A stretch of DNA of 64,000 bases from a bacterium (lineage in GTDB: Bacteria; Hydrothermota; UBA3073; JACQXS01; JAQTXJ01), in assembly GCA_028688815.1 (NCBI GenBank), contig JAQTXJ010000001.1, positions 20,587 through 84,586 of the forward strand. The letters are read 5' to 3'. Numbering within the stretch: position 1 is the first letter of the stretch; every line of letters begins with the position of its first letter. A program made the position numbers and the translations under genes. The notes under the pieces are model-generated. The model was not told the DNA's origin and did not search any database. It worked only from the letters and a program-made list of their open reading frames with translations. Positions 42,510 through 52,411 of this stretch are shown here, in pieces.

Positions 42510-42617
42510 ATGCCCCTGAGAAAGATTATACTGAGTTTTAAAGGCAAAATGGCTGTAATGAAAAATATTCTTGACTATTTGCGCTTTATCGTTAAAGATA
42601 ATATTGAGAGGAATTGA
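42510..42617 (+). pseudogene. Remnant (35 codons) of the C-terminus of a second DPM1/ArnC-like GT2 gene
   Basis: The translation ...ILSFKGKMAVMKNILDYLRFIVKDNIERN aligns to the C-terminus of the 40361..41137 product (VLKCDNRVGKSKMIVLKNILDYLCFILKDTLDR), and the two DNAs are about 70 percent identical over about 80 nt. Confidence 0.6.
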
Positions 42618-42634
42618 GGGGATATTTAATTAAA

Positions 42635-45613
42635 ATGAGGAACAAATTATTTGCAGGAGGAATATTATTTTTCTTCTGTTTGAATGTTAATGCAAATTCG
42701 TGGGTTCAAAATGACTGGAGTAATGGCGATTCCCAGCTTATCTGGACGGATTCCACAAAATACCTGTCCGCAAATAACATTGAAACGAATAATGGCGTTT
42801 CATTATCCACAGAAACACCTTTAAAAGCTACCCCTTTATTAAATACCAATAAAGTATGGAGTATGACAAAAGGAGTTCGAGGAGATACAAATTTAATTTT
42901 TGCAGGGGTAGAAAGTACTGGGATAGACGTATGGATGAGTTTGGACAATGGAGAAACATATCAACTGGGGTGGCACTCTTTATATGGTGGGGAAGATATT
43001 GTCAAAAAAGTAACCACTTTATGTTGGAACAACTCTAATTCCTCCCTGTTAGTTGGCTGTTATATTCACGAATGGGGAGAGGAATATTATATCGAACCTA
43101 TTACAGAATTTGGCAAAATGAATTTCCCCAATCTTTTAACATACGGAAGTAATCCTAAATATACTTATTCTATGATAGCTTTTTCTGATACTATACTTAT
43201 CGGGGGCGGGGAGAATTCTTATATCCTTCGTTCCGTGAATAACGGGGCAAACTGGTCAAGTATTTCTATGGCAGACACCAGGATAATTTCTTTGCTCAAA
43301 TCTCTTGATGGAAACGTATATGCCGGTTCGGGCACCAATCTTGGATTGGTACTAAAATCCGTAGATAACGGGGCAAACTGGACTGCCGTGTTTGCTACTA
43401 CTCAAAAATCCGTTTTTTCATTAATCGAGGGACCGGACAGCACAATTTATGCCTCCACAGGCGACAGCGGAAAAATCTTCAAAACTAAAAACGGCTGGGG
43501 CACTCACGATACTACTACGCCTATCCCAAATGCCCGTGAAGTCAGATTGATTTGCGATTCGCTGGGAACTCTTTATGCAGGTGTGTCCTGCATGGATGAC
43601 AGCGCACGAGTCTTTTATTCTTCGGATAAAGGAACCAGCTGGACACAAATAGGCGGGACTCTTTGCCAGGGGAAAATCTCATCAATGATATTCACAAGTA
43701 ATCAATGCCTTCTGGTAGGGACTGACCACAATGGAACAATATTCAGATTGGCAAAATATGTTCCCGCAGGAAGTCTTATATCTTCTATATATAATACCGG
43801 AGAAAGCAATAGAAATGCTACAAGGTATTACACTAAAATAGAATGGGACGGGGATTACAACGGTCAAGATATTATCGTAAAAATTAGAAGTTTTCAGGAC
43901 ACTATCGGCTTTAGCGATACTCTTTCCTGGACAAATTGCCCTCCTTGCACAAGCGGACAATTGCTGTCAACCGTATCATCGGTGGATAATAACGACCAGT
44001 TTATTCAATATAAAATAGATTTTCTTGCTTCCCCATCATTCGTTACTCCCGTACTTCATAATATCACTACGACATATTCTTTCGTTGATACCGCAGGCCC
44101 TCTACTTACCAGCGCAACCGCTACCGGAGATGAAATTTACAATCCTCCGAATTCTTTTACACCAAATGATAAAGTTACTCTTTCCTTCGACGAGAGAATA
44201 GATACCCTTATCGTAAATAACTCAAATATTGATTCTATACTTAAATTAAGTGGCGGACATAAATGGATAAGTGATTCTGCGGTCTGGGATACGGCTTATA
44301 AAAATCTTACCGTTACTTTAAGCGATATTTCACAGGTTATGATAGGAGACACCGTTTTCCCACGCAAATCCCAAACCGACAGTTTAACGGATAAATGGGG
44401 AAACCAGTGCGTCTCCCCTTGTATTATTACGGGAACTTTTGCTCCCTATATTGATTCCATCGTTGCATACGACGGGCAGGATTCCATTGAATACATTGAT
44501 TCCGACGATTACATAACTCTTTACTTTTCAAAACGCACAAACAAAAAAAGTATCAATGCCGCAAACATAAATAATATACTCCGCCTTCGCAATCATTCAT
44601 GGCTGGATGCCAAAGCGCATATGGGGTCCTGCGTATGGGATTCCCTTGGGTTTGCTCTGGTTTGCAGCCTAAAAACAGACAGTCTCCGACCAACGATTGC
44701 AGTCGGTGATACGATATTCCCGGATTCCGTTAACATAAAAGATAAATTTCTTAAGGGCGCAGTAATCGCTCCCTGTATAATTAAAGGAACTTTCGGGCAA
44801 TACGGTCCTGTTCCCGACAGCGCAATTGCTTATGAAGGCAGTCCACAAGAAAGCGGAATAGGCAACGGGGATTATATTCTCGTTTACTTTAACAAGCTTA
44901 TACAAGATATTCAATGGGGAAACTTAGATCTGGATACCGTTTTGACTCTTAAAAAAGCAGGCGTCCAACACACATGGTATCCTCCTACCGAAAGTCTTAT
45001 TTGTACGGCTCAGGCAGTTGAACAACAAGACTTGATGGGCATTAAATACACATTACTTTTCATATCTTTTGTAGACACTACTACGGGAACAGAAGAAACA
45101 ATCATCCAATATAATGCTGGTTTATCCGTGTTTCCAAATCCTTCTAACTCTCAGGCATCCATATCTTTTACCGTACCGGGACTTGCAATCGGCAATAATC
45201 CAAAATCCGTAATCCAAAATCTAAAATCTAAAATCCAAAATCCTTTAATATCCATAGGGGATACTATTTTCCCGGATTCTAATCTGATTAAAGACACAAG
45301 CAACAGAAAATGCAAAAAGGCAGTATGCATTACCGGGGGATTTTCCAAATCCGACATTAAATCTTTCCTCTTAAAATCTTCCGTTAAAAAATCTCAGCCG
45401 ACATTATCCGGATCTTTGGTGTCCATAAAAATATACAATGTAAGCGGACAGCTTGTAAGAACACTTATGAACACTCCCCAAAAATCCGGTACATATACCG
45501 CATTGTGGGACGGCAAAGATGACCATTCGCATAAAGTAAACGCAGGTATGTATATATGCAAATTAAGCCTTAACAATCAAACGCTTACGCAAAAAATAGT
45601 TCTCTTGAAATAA
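42635..45613 (+). CDS. Secreted BNR/Asp-box repeat protein with a T9SS C-terminal sorting domain
   Basis: Signal peptide; Asp-box motifs SLDNGETY, SVNNGANWS, SVDNGANWT, SSDKGTSWT; C-terminal KIYNVSGQLVRTL...GMYICKL...KIVLLK typical of the Por secretion tail; ATG 42635 chosen. Confidence 0.7.
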   Translation: MRNKLFAGGILFFFCLNVNANSWVQNDWSNGDSQLIWTDSTKYLSANNIETNNGVSLSTETPLKATPLLNTNKVWSMTKGVRGDTNLIFAGVESTGIDVWMSLDNGETYQLGWHSLYGGEDIVKKVTTLCWNNSNSSLLVGCYIHEWGEEYYIEPITEFGKMNFPNLLTYGSNPKYTYSMIAFSDTILIGGGENSYILRSVNNGANWSSISMADTRIISLLKSLDGNVYAGSGTNLGLVLKSVDNGANWTAVFATTQKSVFSLIEGPDSTIYASTGDSGKIFKTKNGWGTHDTTTPIPNAREVRLICDSLGTLYAGVSCMDDSARVFYSSDKGTSWTQIGGTLCQGKISSMIFTSNQCLLVGTDHNGTIFRLAKYVPAGSLISSIYNTGESNRNATRYYTKIEWDGDYNGQDIIVKIRSFQDTIGFSDTLSWTNCPPCTSGQLLSTVSSVDNNDQFIQYKIDFLASPSFVTPVLHNITTTYSFVDTAGPLLTSATATGDEIYNPPNSFTPNDKVTLSFDERIDTLIVNNSNIDSILKLSGGHKWISDSAVWDTAYKNLTVTLSDISQVMIGDTVFPRKSQTDSLTDKWGNQCVSPCIITGTFAPYIDSIVAYDGQDSIEYIDSDDYITLYFSKRTNKKSINAANINNILRLRNHSWLDAKAHMGSCVWDSLGFALVCSLKTDSLRPTIAVGDTIFPDSVNIKDKFLKGAVIAPCIIKGTFGQYGPVPDSAIAYEGSPQESGIGNGDYILVYFNKLIQDIQWGNLDLDTVLTLKKAGVQHTWYPPTESLICTAQAVEQQDLMGIKYTLLFISFVDTTTGTEETIIQYNAGLSVFPNPSNSQASISFTVPGLAIGNNPKSVIQNLKSKIQNPLISIGDTIFPDSNLIKDTSNRKCKKAVCITGGFSKSDIKSFLLKSSVKKSQPTLSGSLVSIKIYNVSGQLVRTLMNTPQKSGTYTALWDGKDDHSHKVNAGMYICKLSLNNQTLTQKIVLLK
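45202..45243 (+). repeat. Heptanucleotide microsatellite (AAAATCY)x6 inside the BNR/T9SS cargo CDS
   Basis: aaaatcc gtaatcc aaaatct aaaatct aaaatcc aaaatcc, read directly; the 42 nt are currently in frame. Confidence 0.8.
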
Positions 45614-45631
45614 TCCTTCTCCCCTATTAAT

Positions 45632-46951
45632 ATGCAACTTTTCGATAATCTTTCTCAACAGGACGGCAATAAATCCATTAACAAACCTCTCGCGGAAAGG
45701 ATTCGCCCGCAGAACCTCGAAGAGTTTATAGGGCAAACCGGGCTTGTCGGAGAAAACGGGCACATACGAAAAGTCATAGAAACAGGTGAAGTCCAGAGTA
45801 TGATATTCTGGGGACCGCCCGGCACGGGAAAGACTACTCTTGCAAGACTCATCGCGGGAATAAAAAACTACGAGTTCAAAGAGTTCAGCGCGGTTCTCTC
45901 GGGAGTAAGCGACGTCCGCAGGATAGCTGAGGAAACCAAAATCTCAAGGTCAAGAGGAAAAAGAACGATATTATTCGTTGACGAAATTCACAGGTTTAAC
46001 AAGGCTCAACAGGATGCGTTCCTCCCGCACGTGGAAGACGGCACGATTATTTTGGTCGGGAGCACGACCGAGAATCCTTCCTTTTCCATAATAGCACCGC
46101 TGCTTTCGAGGGCAACGGTATACGTGTTCAAGTCGCTTGATGAAAAAGACATAATGAAAATAATTGACCGCGCAATAAATCTGGAAAGCGGTCTCAAAAA
46201 ATTCAACGTTAAAATATCCGACGAAGTAAAAGAATATCTCGCGGGAATGAGTGACGGCGATGCGCGAACTGCTTTGAACATTCTTGAGTCGGCGGTTTTT
46301 ACGACCAAACCCGTGAATAACGTCCGTGAATTAACTCTTGAAACAATCAAATCCGCAACCGAGCACTGTCCTCTTTTGTATGATAAAAAAGGCGAAGAAC
46401 ATTACAACATAATTTCGGCTTTCATAAAAAGTATGCGTGGCAGCGACCCGGATGCGGCGTTGTACTGGCTTGCGCGAATGATAGAAAGCGGGGAAGACCC
46501 GTTGTTCATAGTAAGACGAATGGTAATTTTTGCGTCCGAAGACGTAGGAAACGCCGATCCACAAGCTTTAATATTGGCATCCGCTTGTAAATCCGCGATT
46601 GAGTTTGTCGGTTTACCGGAAGGCTATTTACCGCTTTCCCAGACGGTAATTTATCTTGCAACTGCCCCAAAAAGCAACTCTGCGCTGGTATCTTATGGAA
46701 ATGCAATGAACGATGTAAAGAAATACGGTTCTCTTCCCGTGCCTCTACATTTAAGGAATGCGGTAACTTCGTTTATGGAAGGTTTGGGATATGGAAAAGA
46801 CTACAAGTATCCGCACAATCATAAAGAAGGGGATTTGAAAGATGAAACCTATTTACCGGATAAACTAAAAGGCAGTCATTATTTTCTTCCTTCTGATATT
46901 GCCTTTGAACAAGAAATAAAACAGAGAATGGAAAAAAGAAAAAAAGGATAA
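45632..46951 (+). CDS. rarA: Replication-associated recombination protein A (AAA+ ATPase)
   Basis: Walker A GPPGTGKTT, FVDEIHRFNK, MgsA_C-type C-terminal region. Confidence 0.9.
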   Translation: MQLFDNLSQQDGNKSINKPLAERIRPQNLEEFIGQTGLVGENGHIRKVIETGEVQSMIFWGPPGTGKTTLARLIAGIKNYEFKEFSAVLSGVSDVRRIAEETKISRSRGKRTILFVDEIHRFNKAQQDAFLPHVEDGTIILVGSTTENPSFSIIAPLLSRATVYVFKSLDEKDIMKIIDRAINLESGLKKFNVKISDEVKEYLAGMSDGDARTALNILESAVFTTKPVNNVRELTLETIKSATEHCPLLYDKKGEEHYNIISAFIKSMRGSDPDAALYWLARMIESGEDPLFIVRRMVIFASEDVGNADPQALILASACKSAIEFVGLPEGYLPLSQTVIYLATAPKSNSALVSYGNAMNDVKKYGSLPVPLHLRNAVTSFMEGLGYGKDYKYPHNHKEGDLKDETYLPDKLKGSHYFLPSDIAFEQEIKQRMEKRKKG

Positions 46952-47107
46952 AATCCATTCCTTATTATTTTCTATATATACATCTTACCCTGTCCTATAT
47001 GACTTAACTTTTATGACATTTCAATCTAATAATCATTGAAAATAAATAAAAAAACTTATGCTGCTATTTATAATATTTCTATTTTTTCTATTACAACTAC
47101 AATTACC

Positions 47108-47135
47108 TTGACATAATTAAACAATATGATATAAA
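47108..47135 (+). promoter_or_regulatory. Sigma70-like promoter for tRNA-Leu (TTGACA, 16-nt spacer, TATAAA)
   Basis: Sequence inspection, about 35 nt upstream of the tRNA 5' end. Confidence 0.35.
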
Positions 47136-47168
47136 GCAGGATATTAATACCTTAATTTAACAATTAAG

Positions 47169-47255
47169 GGGCAGATGGCGGAATTTGGCATACGCGCCAG
47201 GCTTAGGACCTGGTTCCTATAAAATGGAGTGTGGGTTCAAATCCCACTCTGCCCA
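47169..47255 (+). tRNA. tRNA-Leu (anticodon TAG), type II with long variable arm
   Basis: Acceptor GGGCAGA/TCTGCCC, anticodon stem CCAGG/CCTGG with loop CTTAGGA, long variable arm, T-arm GTGGG-TTCAAAT-CCCAC, discriminator A. Confidence 0.9.
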
Positions 47256-47295
47256 AAAAAGAAGATTTGTTCCGTCAAGGCGGAAAAAGGATATT

Positions 47296-48537
47296 ATGGA
47301 ATTTGAAATAAAAAAAATAAATGAATGTGAGAGATCTTTAGAATTTAGCATTCCTGCCACAGAAGTAAATAAAAAAATAGAATCCCTTTATTCCGAGTAT
47401 CAGGCATCGGCAAAACTAGACGGCTTCAGGAAAGGGAAAGTCCCTATGAATATCATAAAGTCAAAATATAGCGCCACCATACAAGAAGAAGCAATAAATG
47501 AATGCATCAGGGAAACATACAGAGGAATAGCGGAAAAAGAAAAAATCTCCCCGGTATCGGACATACGGTTAGAAGATAAAAAATTCGACCCCGCAAAGGA
47601 ACTTAAAGTTAAATTATCTTATGAAATTATGCCTGATTTGAAACTTCAACATTATAAAGGCATAAAAATAAAAAAACTATCTACGGAAGTCACGGAAAAA
47701 GAAATAGAAATGGTAATGTCCAAATTAACGGATTCAAAAGCTACTTATGTGCCTACGGCTATGAGAGCAGCGTCCAGCGAAGATATGCTTATCGTTAGTT
47801 ATGACATATTATGGGAAGAAAAGGGCGTTTATCGCAAAAATCATGTCTCTAACTATACCGTTTTAATGGATGCTCCTGAAACTCCTGAAGAAATAAGAAA
47901 TGCCCTGAAAAATACAGTTCCGGGTGATAAGAAAACGGTGAAAATTAAATACCCGCCTGACCATAAAGACGAAAACCTGAGAGACAAATCGGTAGAATAT
48001 GCATTTGTCGTCCATGAAATAAAAGAAAAAAGATTGCCTCCGATAGATGATGAATTTGCAAAAAACATAGGGTTTAAGTCTATGGAAGAGTTAAAAACCA
48101 ATATAACTACCAGTATAGCAAGAGATAAAGAAACGGAAGCTCGTTCAAGGATGAGAACTCAAATTATCAATTCCCTTATAGATAGCAACCCTTTCAAACC
48201 GTTGAATTCTCTTGTTGCAGATTATATGGAGTCAATGCTCAAACAGGCAGGTAAAAATATAGACGATAAAACAAAAAGTCAGTTAGAAGAAATTGCCATA
48301 TGGCGCGCAAAAAGAGATATGATATTGCAGCAACTATCCGAAGTAGAACACATTGAAATAACGGCAGAAGAATTGAAAGCAAAGTTACTTGATACGGAAG
48401 AAGGAAGAAAATTAGGATACGAAAAACTCGTAAAAGACTTGCAAAAGAAAGGAATCTTTAGTTCAATTGTGTGGGAATTTACAGTAGATAAAACAATGAA
48501 TTTCCTTATAGAAAACGCAGAGATAAGTCCGGAATAA
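47296..48537 (+). CDS. tig: Trigger factor
   Basis: N-terminal ribosome-binding domain, FRKGKVP motif, PPIase-like middle domain; start moved to ATG 47296 because the tracked ORF start lies inside tRNA-Leu. Confidence 0.85.
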   Translation: MEFEIKKINECERSLEFSIPATEVNKKIESLYSEYQASAKLDGFRKGKVPMNIIKSKYSATIQEEAINECIRETYRGIAEKEKISPVSDIRLEDKKFDPAKELKVKLSYEIMPDLKLQHYKGIKIKKLSTEVTEKEIEMVMSKLTDSKATYVPTAMRAASSEDMLIVSYDILWEEKGVYRKNHVSNYTVLMDAPETPEEIRNALKNTVPGDKKTVKIKYPPDHKDENLRDKSVEYAFVVHEIKEKRLPPIDDEFAKNIGFKSMEELKTNITTSIARDKETEARSRMRTQIINSLIDSNPFKPLNSLVADYMESMLKQAGKNIDDKTKSQLEEIAIWRAKRDMILQQLSEVEHIEITAEELKAKLLDTEEGRKLGYEKLVKDLQKKGIFSSIVWEFTVDKTMNFLIENAEISPE

Positions 48538-48539
48538 AT

Positions 48540-51017
48540 ATGCTTAAAACCAAATTATATATATCTGGAATATTTTCCCTCTTTTTAATGTCAAGTATCT
48601 TCGCAGATACTACTTATGTAAGTACAGATATTACCTCAAATACAATATGGACAAAATCCGCAAGTCCATACTTTATAACAAATGACATAACTGTTGATAA
48701 TTCCATAACCCTGAGTATTGAACCCGGGGCAAAAATACTTATAGGAGATTCTAAACAATTAACGGTAAATGGAAATTTGTATGCAATTGGAGAGTTAACG
48801 GATTTCATCTTAATAACAGCACAGGACACATCCAAAAGATGGGATAATATTTTAGTTGCATCAACAGCAAAATGTTCCTTACAATATTGTAAAATAGAAT
48901 TCGCAGGAAATTCCGCAATAAGTAATATGAATTCTAATTCGGTTTATATCTCCAATAGCACTATTTCTAATAATACTACTGAACTTTGCGGTGGAGGAAT
49001 ATATAATAATGGTTCCTGCGTCATAACAAATAATACTATCTCCTACAATACAGCTAAATATGGTGGTGGAGGGATATTCAACAGTAAAACCGCAATCATA
49101 ACAAATAATACTATCTCTTTCAATACAAATACGGATACTACAGCAGTTGGCGGAGGGATATGGAATAATTATAAAGGAACGGCGTATATAACAGGAAATA
49201 CTTTCCTGCATAATACCTCTATGTATAATGGGGGAGCCATATTTAATGAAGGGACTGCATCTATAACTTATGACACCATTTCCAATAATACCACAACCGT
49301 TAACTGGGGAAGTGGAGCTGGGATTTCCAACAAAGGTTCAGCCGAAATAACAAACAATAATATATCTTGCAATATTTCTAATTATGGGATAGGCGGGGGA
49401 ATACATAATTATTCCGGGACTGCCAACATAAGAAACAATTCCGTATTCAACAATACTGCCAAATATAATGGCGGGGGCGTGTCTAATGAAAGCGCTATAA
49501 ATGTTTTTCATAATAACATATATGATAATGCCACGGAAGGGAACGGTGGAGGAATATACAATTACAATTCAGCCGTAGTAGAAAGCAATAATGTATATCA
49601 TAATTTTGCCTATGGCATTGGTGGGGGAATACATAATTACAAAAAACTTATTTGCAGCAATAATTATATATATAGCAATAATGCACAAAAAGGCGGCGGC
49701 ATATCTAATTCTAATGGGATTGCTACTATAGAAAAAGATAGCATATACAATAATACAGCTGCTGAATATGGTGGCGGAATATATAATTGCGATACGGCTA
49801 ATATACAAAACAATACTCTAATTAATAATAGCGCTAAATACGGCGGAGCTATATGTGATTATAAAACAACAACAATTAGTTTTAATTCTATAGTAGATAC
49901 AACTGCTTCTGCTATTTATAATGCAGGAAAAACTTTCATTAGAGAGAATAATATTCAAGCTACGGGTTATTCTGTCTACAATAATGCAAGCAACCGGATA
50001 GATGCCAGCTATAACTACTGGAATACAACAGATACTACCGTTATAAAAACAAAACTATATGATTATTACGATAATGTAAGCAAAGGGAAGATATTTTATA
50101 AACCATTTCTTTATTCGGAATTGGAAGATATTATAGTCCCGGGAGCACCTACTGATATTATAGTTAAACCATTATCTACAACCCTCTATGTAATGAATTG
50201 GACAAATCCTTTTGATGCAAGTGGAATAGCAGAATACTATTACAAATTAAATTCAAGTCCCGCAGAAGAATTTGATACCACAGGAACAATGCATTCTTCC
50301 CCGGATACGCTTTCCGTAACAGCCAACGATTCCCTAATATATATATGGCTGGTAGATAGCAGCGGAAATGTGGAAGAAGATAATATGGGATACGCCTATA
50401 TCAGATATGATATAATTCCTCCCGTAATAAGCAACACTACTGTATGGGAAGACACACTAGGTTTTACGGGACCATTCGACATAACGACAAGAATAACGGA
50501 TAACTTTGTAGTTTATGCCCCTGTTCTGTTTTATAAAACAAGCATGGATACTAACTGGATATCCAGTACTATGAATTCCTTCGCCAACAGTTTTTATAAA
50601 GATACTATCCCACTGCAAACCGTTGTAGATAGTTTATTAATTGAATATTATATAACCGTTATGGACCAAGCAGGTAACTGCTCGAGAGAGCCTGACAGCG
50701 CAACATATTCATTCTTTATTTATCCCCTGGCAATTGAAGAAGGTAAAACACTTCCAATTAAATTTGCATTGTTTTCTCCAACTCCAAACCCCGGTTCAGC
50801 GAAAATAAACATAAAATACGGAATACCTGAAAAAGCTTCAATAAAACTAAGCGTTTATGACATAACAGGAAGACTTGTTATTCCTGTCTATAAAGGAACC
50901 CAGGAAAGAGGAATTTATACTATTGAGCTGAAAAACAAACTTAGGAAAGGTGTTTATTTTGTTGTCTTTAATGCAAACAACTTTAAGCAAGTGCAAAAAA
51001 TGATAATCTCGCAATAG
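48540..51017 (+). CDS. Secreted right-handed beta-helix repeat protein with a T9SS C-terminal sorting domain
   Basis: Signal peptide; more than 15 repeats of GGGIYN...NNTISxN (parallel beta-helix / pectate-lyase-like); C-terminal ...KLSVYDITGRLVIPVYKG...GVYFVVFNANNF... Por secretion tail. Confidence 0.65.
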   Translation: MLKTKLYISGIFSLFLMSSIFADTTYVSTDITSNTIWTKSASPYFITNDITVDNSITLSIEPGAKILIGDSKQLTVNGNLYAIGELTDFILITAQDTSKRWDNILVASTAKCSLQYCKIEFAGNSAISNMNSNSVYISNSTISNNTTELCGGGIYNNGSCVITNNTISYNTAKYGGGGIFNSKTAIITNNTISFNTNTDTTAVGGGIWNNYKGTAYITGNTFLHNTSMYNGGAIFNEGTASITYDTISNNTTTVNWGSGAGISNKGSAEITNNNISCNISNYGIGGGIHNYSGTANIRNNSVFNNTAKYNGGGVSNESAINVFHNNIYDNATEGNGGGIYNYNSAVVESNNVYHNFAYGIGGGIHNYKKLICSNNYIYSNNAQKGGGISNSNGIATIEKDSIYNNTAAEYGGGIYNCDTANIQNNTLINNSAKYGGAICDYKTTTISFNSIVDTTASAIYNAGKTFIRENNIQATGYSVYNNASNRIDASYNYWNTTDTTVIKTKLYDYYDNVSKGKIFYKPFLYSELEDIIVPGAPTDIIVKPLSTTLYVMNWTNPFDASGIAEYYYKLNSSPAEEFDTTGTMHSSPDTLSVTANDSLIYIWLVDSSGNVEEDNMGYAYIRYDIIPPVISNTTVWEDTLGFTGPFDITTRITDNFVVYAPVLFYKTSMDTNWISSTMNSFANSFYKDTIPLQTVVDSLLIEYYITVMDQAGNCSREPDSATYSFFIYPLAIEEGKTLPIKFALFSPTPNPGSAKINIKYGIPEKASIKLSVYDITGRLVIPVYKGTQERGIYTIELKNKLRKGVYFVVFNANNFKQVQKMIISQ

Positions 51018-51032
51018 AGGAGGATATAAACT

Positions 51033-51641
51033 ATGAACTTAGTTCCTATGGTAATAGAAAAAACTGCTTTTGGCGAAAGAGCTTATGATATCTTTTCAAG
51101 ACTTTTAAGAGATCGAATAATAATGATTAACGGGGAAATAAACGATAACGTCGCAGGGACGGTAATTGCCCAGTTATTATTACTTGCCTCCGAAGACCCT
51201 GAAAAAGACATTCATCTTTATATTGATTCGGCAGGAGGAGTTGTTTCTTCGGGATTGGCAATATACGATACGATACAATACGTTAAGCCGGATGTTTCTA
51301 CTATCTGTATGGGAATGTGCGCATCTATGGCAGCTTTGTTACTTACGGCAGGAACAAAAGGAAAAAGATACGCGCTACCGCATTCACGGATATTGATACA
51401 CCAGCCTATGGGTGGAGTTTCGGGACAGGCAACCGATATCGCTTTGCATGCGCAGGAAATTGTCAAAGTCCGTCAGGAAATCAATGAAATAATTTCTTTC
51501 CACACAGGTCAGACTATTGAAAAAATAGAAAAAGACACGGATAGAAATTTCTGGATGTCTCCGAAAGAAGCAAAAGAGTATAATCTTATTGATAAAGTTA
51601 TAGTAAAGGGGTCGGAAATAACCCCTCAAAAACAAAAATGA
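51033..51641 (+). CDS. clpP: ATP-dependent Clp protease proteolytic subunit
   Basis: Catalytic-triad context GMCASMAA (Ser) and ...IHQPMGG (His); [10 protein letters not shown]-terminus. Confidence 0.95.
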   Translation: MNLVPMVIEKTAFGERAYDIFSRLLRDRIIMINGEINDNVAGTVIAQLLLLASEDPEKDIHLYIDSAGGVVSSGLAIYDTIQYVKPDVSTICMGMCASMAALLLTAGTKGKRYALPHSRILIHQPMGGVSGQATDIALHAQEIVKVRQEINEIISFHTGQTIEKIEKDTDRNFWMSPKEAKEYNLIDKVIVKGSEITPQKQK

Positions 51642-51675
51642 TTTGCCCCGTTTGCGGGGAAAGGTGTGAAAAACT

Positions 51676-51849
51676 ATGTCAGAACCAACATATAAACCTT
51701 CGCGAATTCGTTGTCGCAGAACTCATGGCTTTAGAGCCCGTATGGAAACTGCTAAAGGCAGACAGGTACTAAAACGCCGCAGAGCAAAAGGCAGGAAAAA
51801 ACTTACCGTTTCTGATGAATTCAGAGCATCACCAAAAGCGGATAAATAG
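51676..51849 (+). CDS. rpmH: 50S ribosomal protein L34
   Basis: 57 aa (below the ORF-track cutoff, found by hand): ...[32 protein letters not shown] matches the L34 consensus. Confidence 0.9.
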   Translation: MSEPTYKPSRIRCRRTHGFRARMETAKGRQVLKRRRAKGRKKLTVSDEFRASPKADK

Positions 51850-51911
51850 ACCTGATTTTGTGCTATGCATTGTAACACAAGCATCTTGCTTGTGAAATAA
51901 GCCTGATTGCT

Positions 51912-52280
51912 ATGCCATTAGACGAGCGCTTTACGAAGAATGAGCGATTAAGAAAAGAAAAAGAGTTTAAAAAAGTTTTTAATTGCGGCAGGAAAAAACG
52001 AGATAAAAGTTTTACTGTCTTCAACGTTTCGACCCCTGATAAAAAAGTAGGTATTATTATCAGCAGGTACATAAAAGGCTCCATAATAAGAAACAAACTA
52101 AAACGCCGTTTAAGAGATATCTACAGGAAAAATAAAGCTTGCTTCAAAGGGGAAACTATCGTTATCGCTTATCCCGGTGCGGAAAAACTAACCTATTCCG
52201 AAATAAAAAATGATGTTCTGAAACTAATCTCCCCGACAAAAGATAGAAAACACAAGATTAAAACAGAACGGGCAACCTAA
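51912..52280 (+). CDS. rnpA: Ribonuclease P protein component
   Basis: 122 aa, basic; conserved position after rpmH; RLRKEKEFKKVF and KRRLR motifs. Confidence 0.8.
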   Translation: MPLDERFTKNERLRKEKEFKKVFNCGRKKRDKSFTVFNVSTPDKKVGIIISRYIKGSIIRNKLKRRLRDIYRKNKACFKGETIVIAYPGAEKLTYSEIKNDVLKLISPTKDRKHKIKTERAT

Positions 52281-52411
52281 AGAATTCATCCGCGAATGAG
52301 CACGAATGGACACGAATTTAAACAGAGAATAGAAAACGAAGAGTTTTAAAACAAAAATAGAAAACCTCTTCCTTAAAAAATCATTGACTAAATAGAAAAA
52401 CTCAATATTTT

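Noticed and set aside
47185-47295. Extended N-terminus of the trigger factor ORF starting at 47185
   Set aside because: These codons overlap tRNA-Leu (47169-47255). The conserved trigger factor N-terminus begins at ATG 47296.
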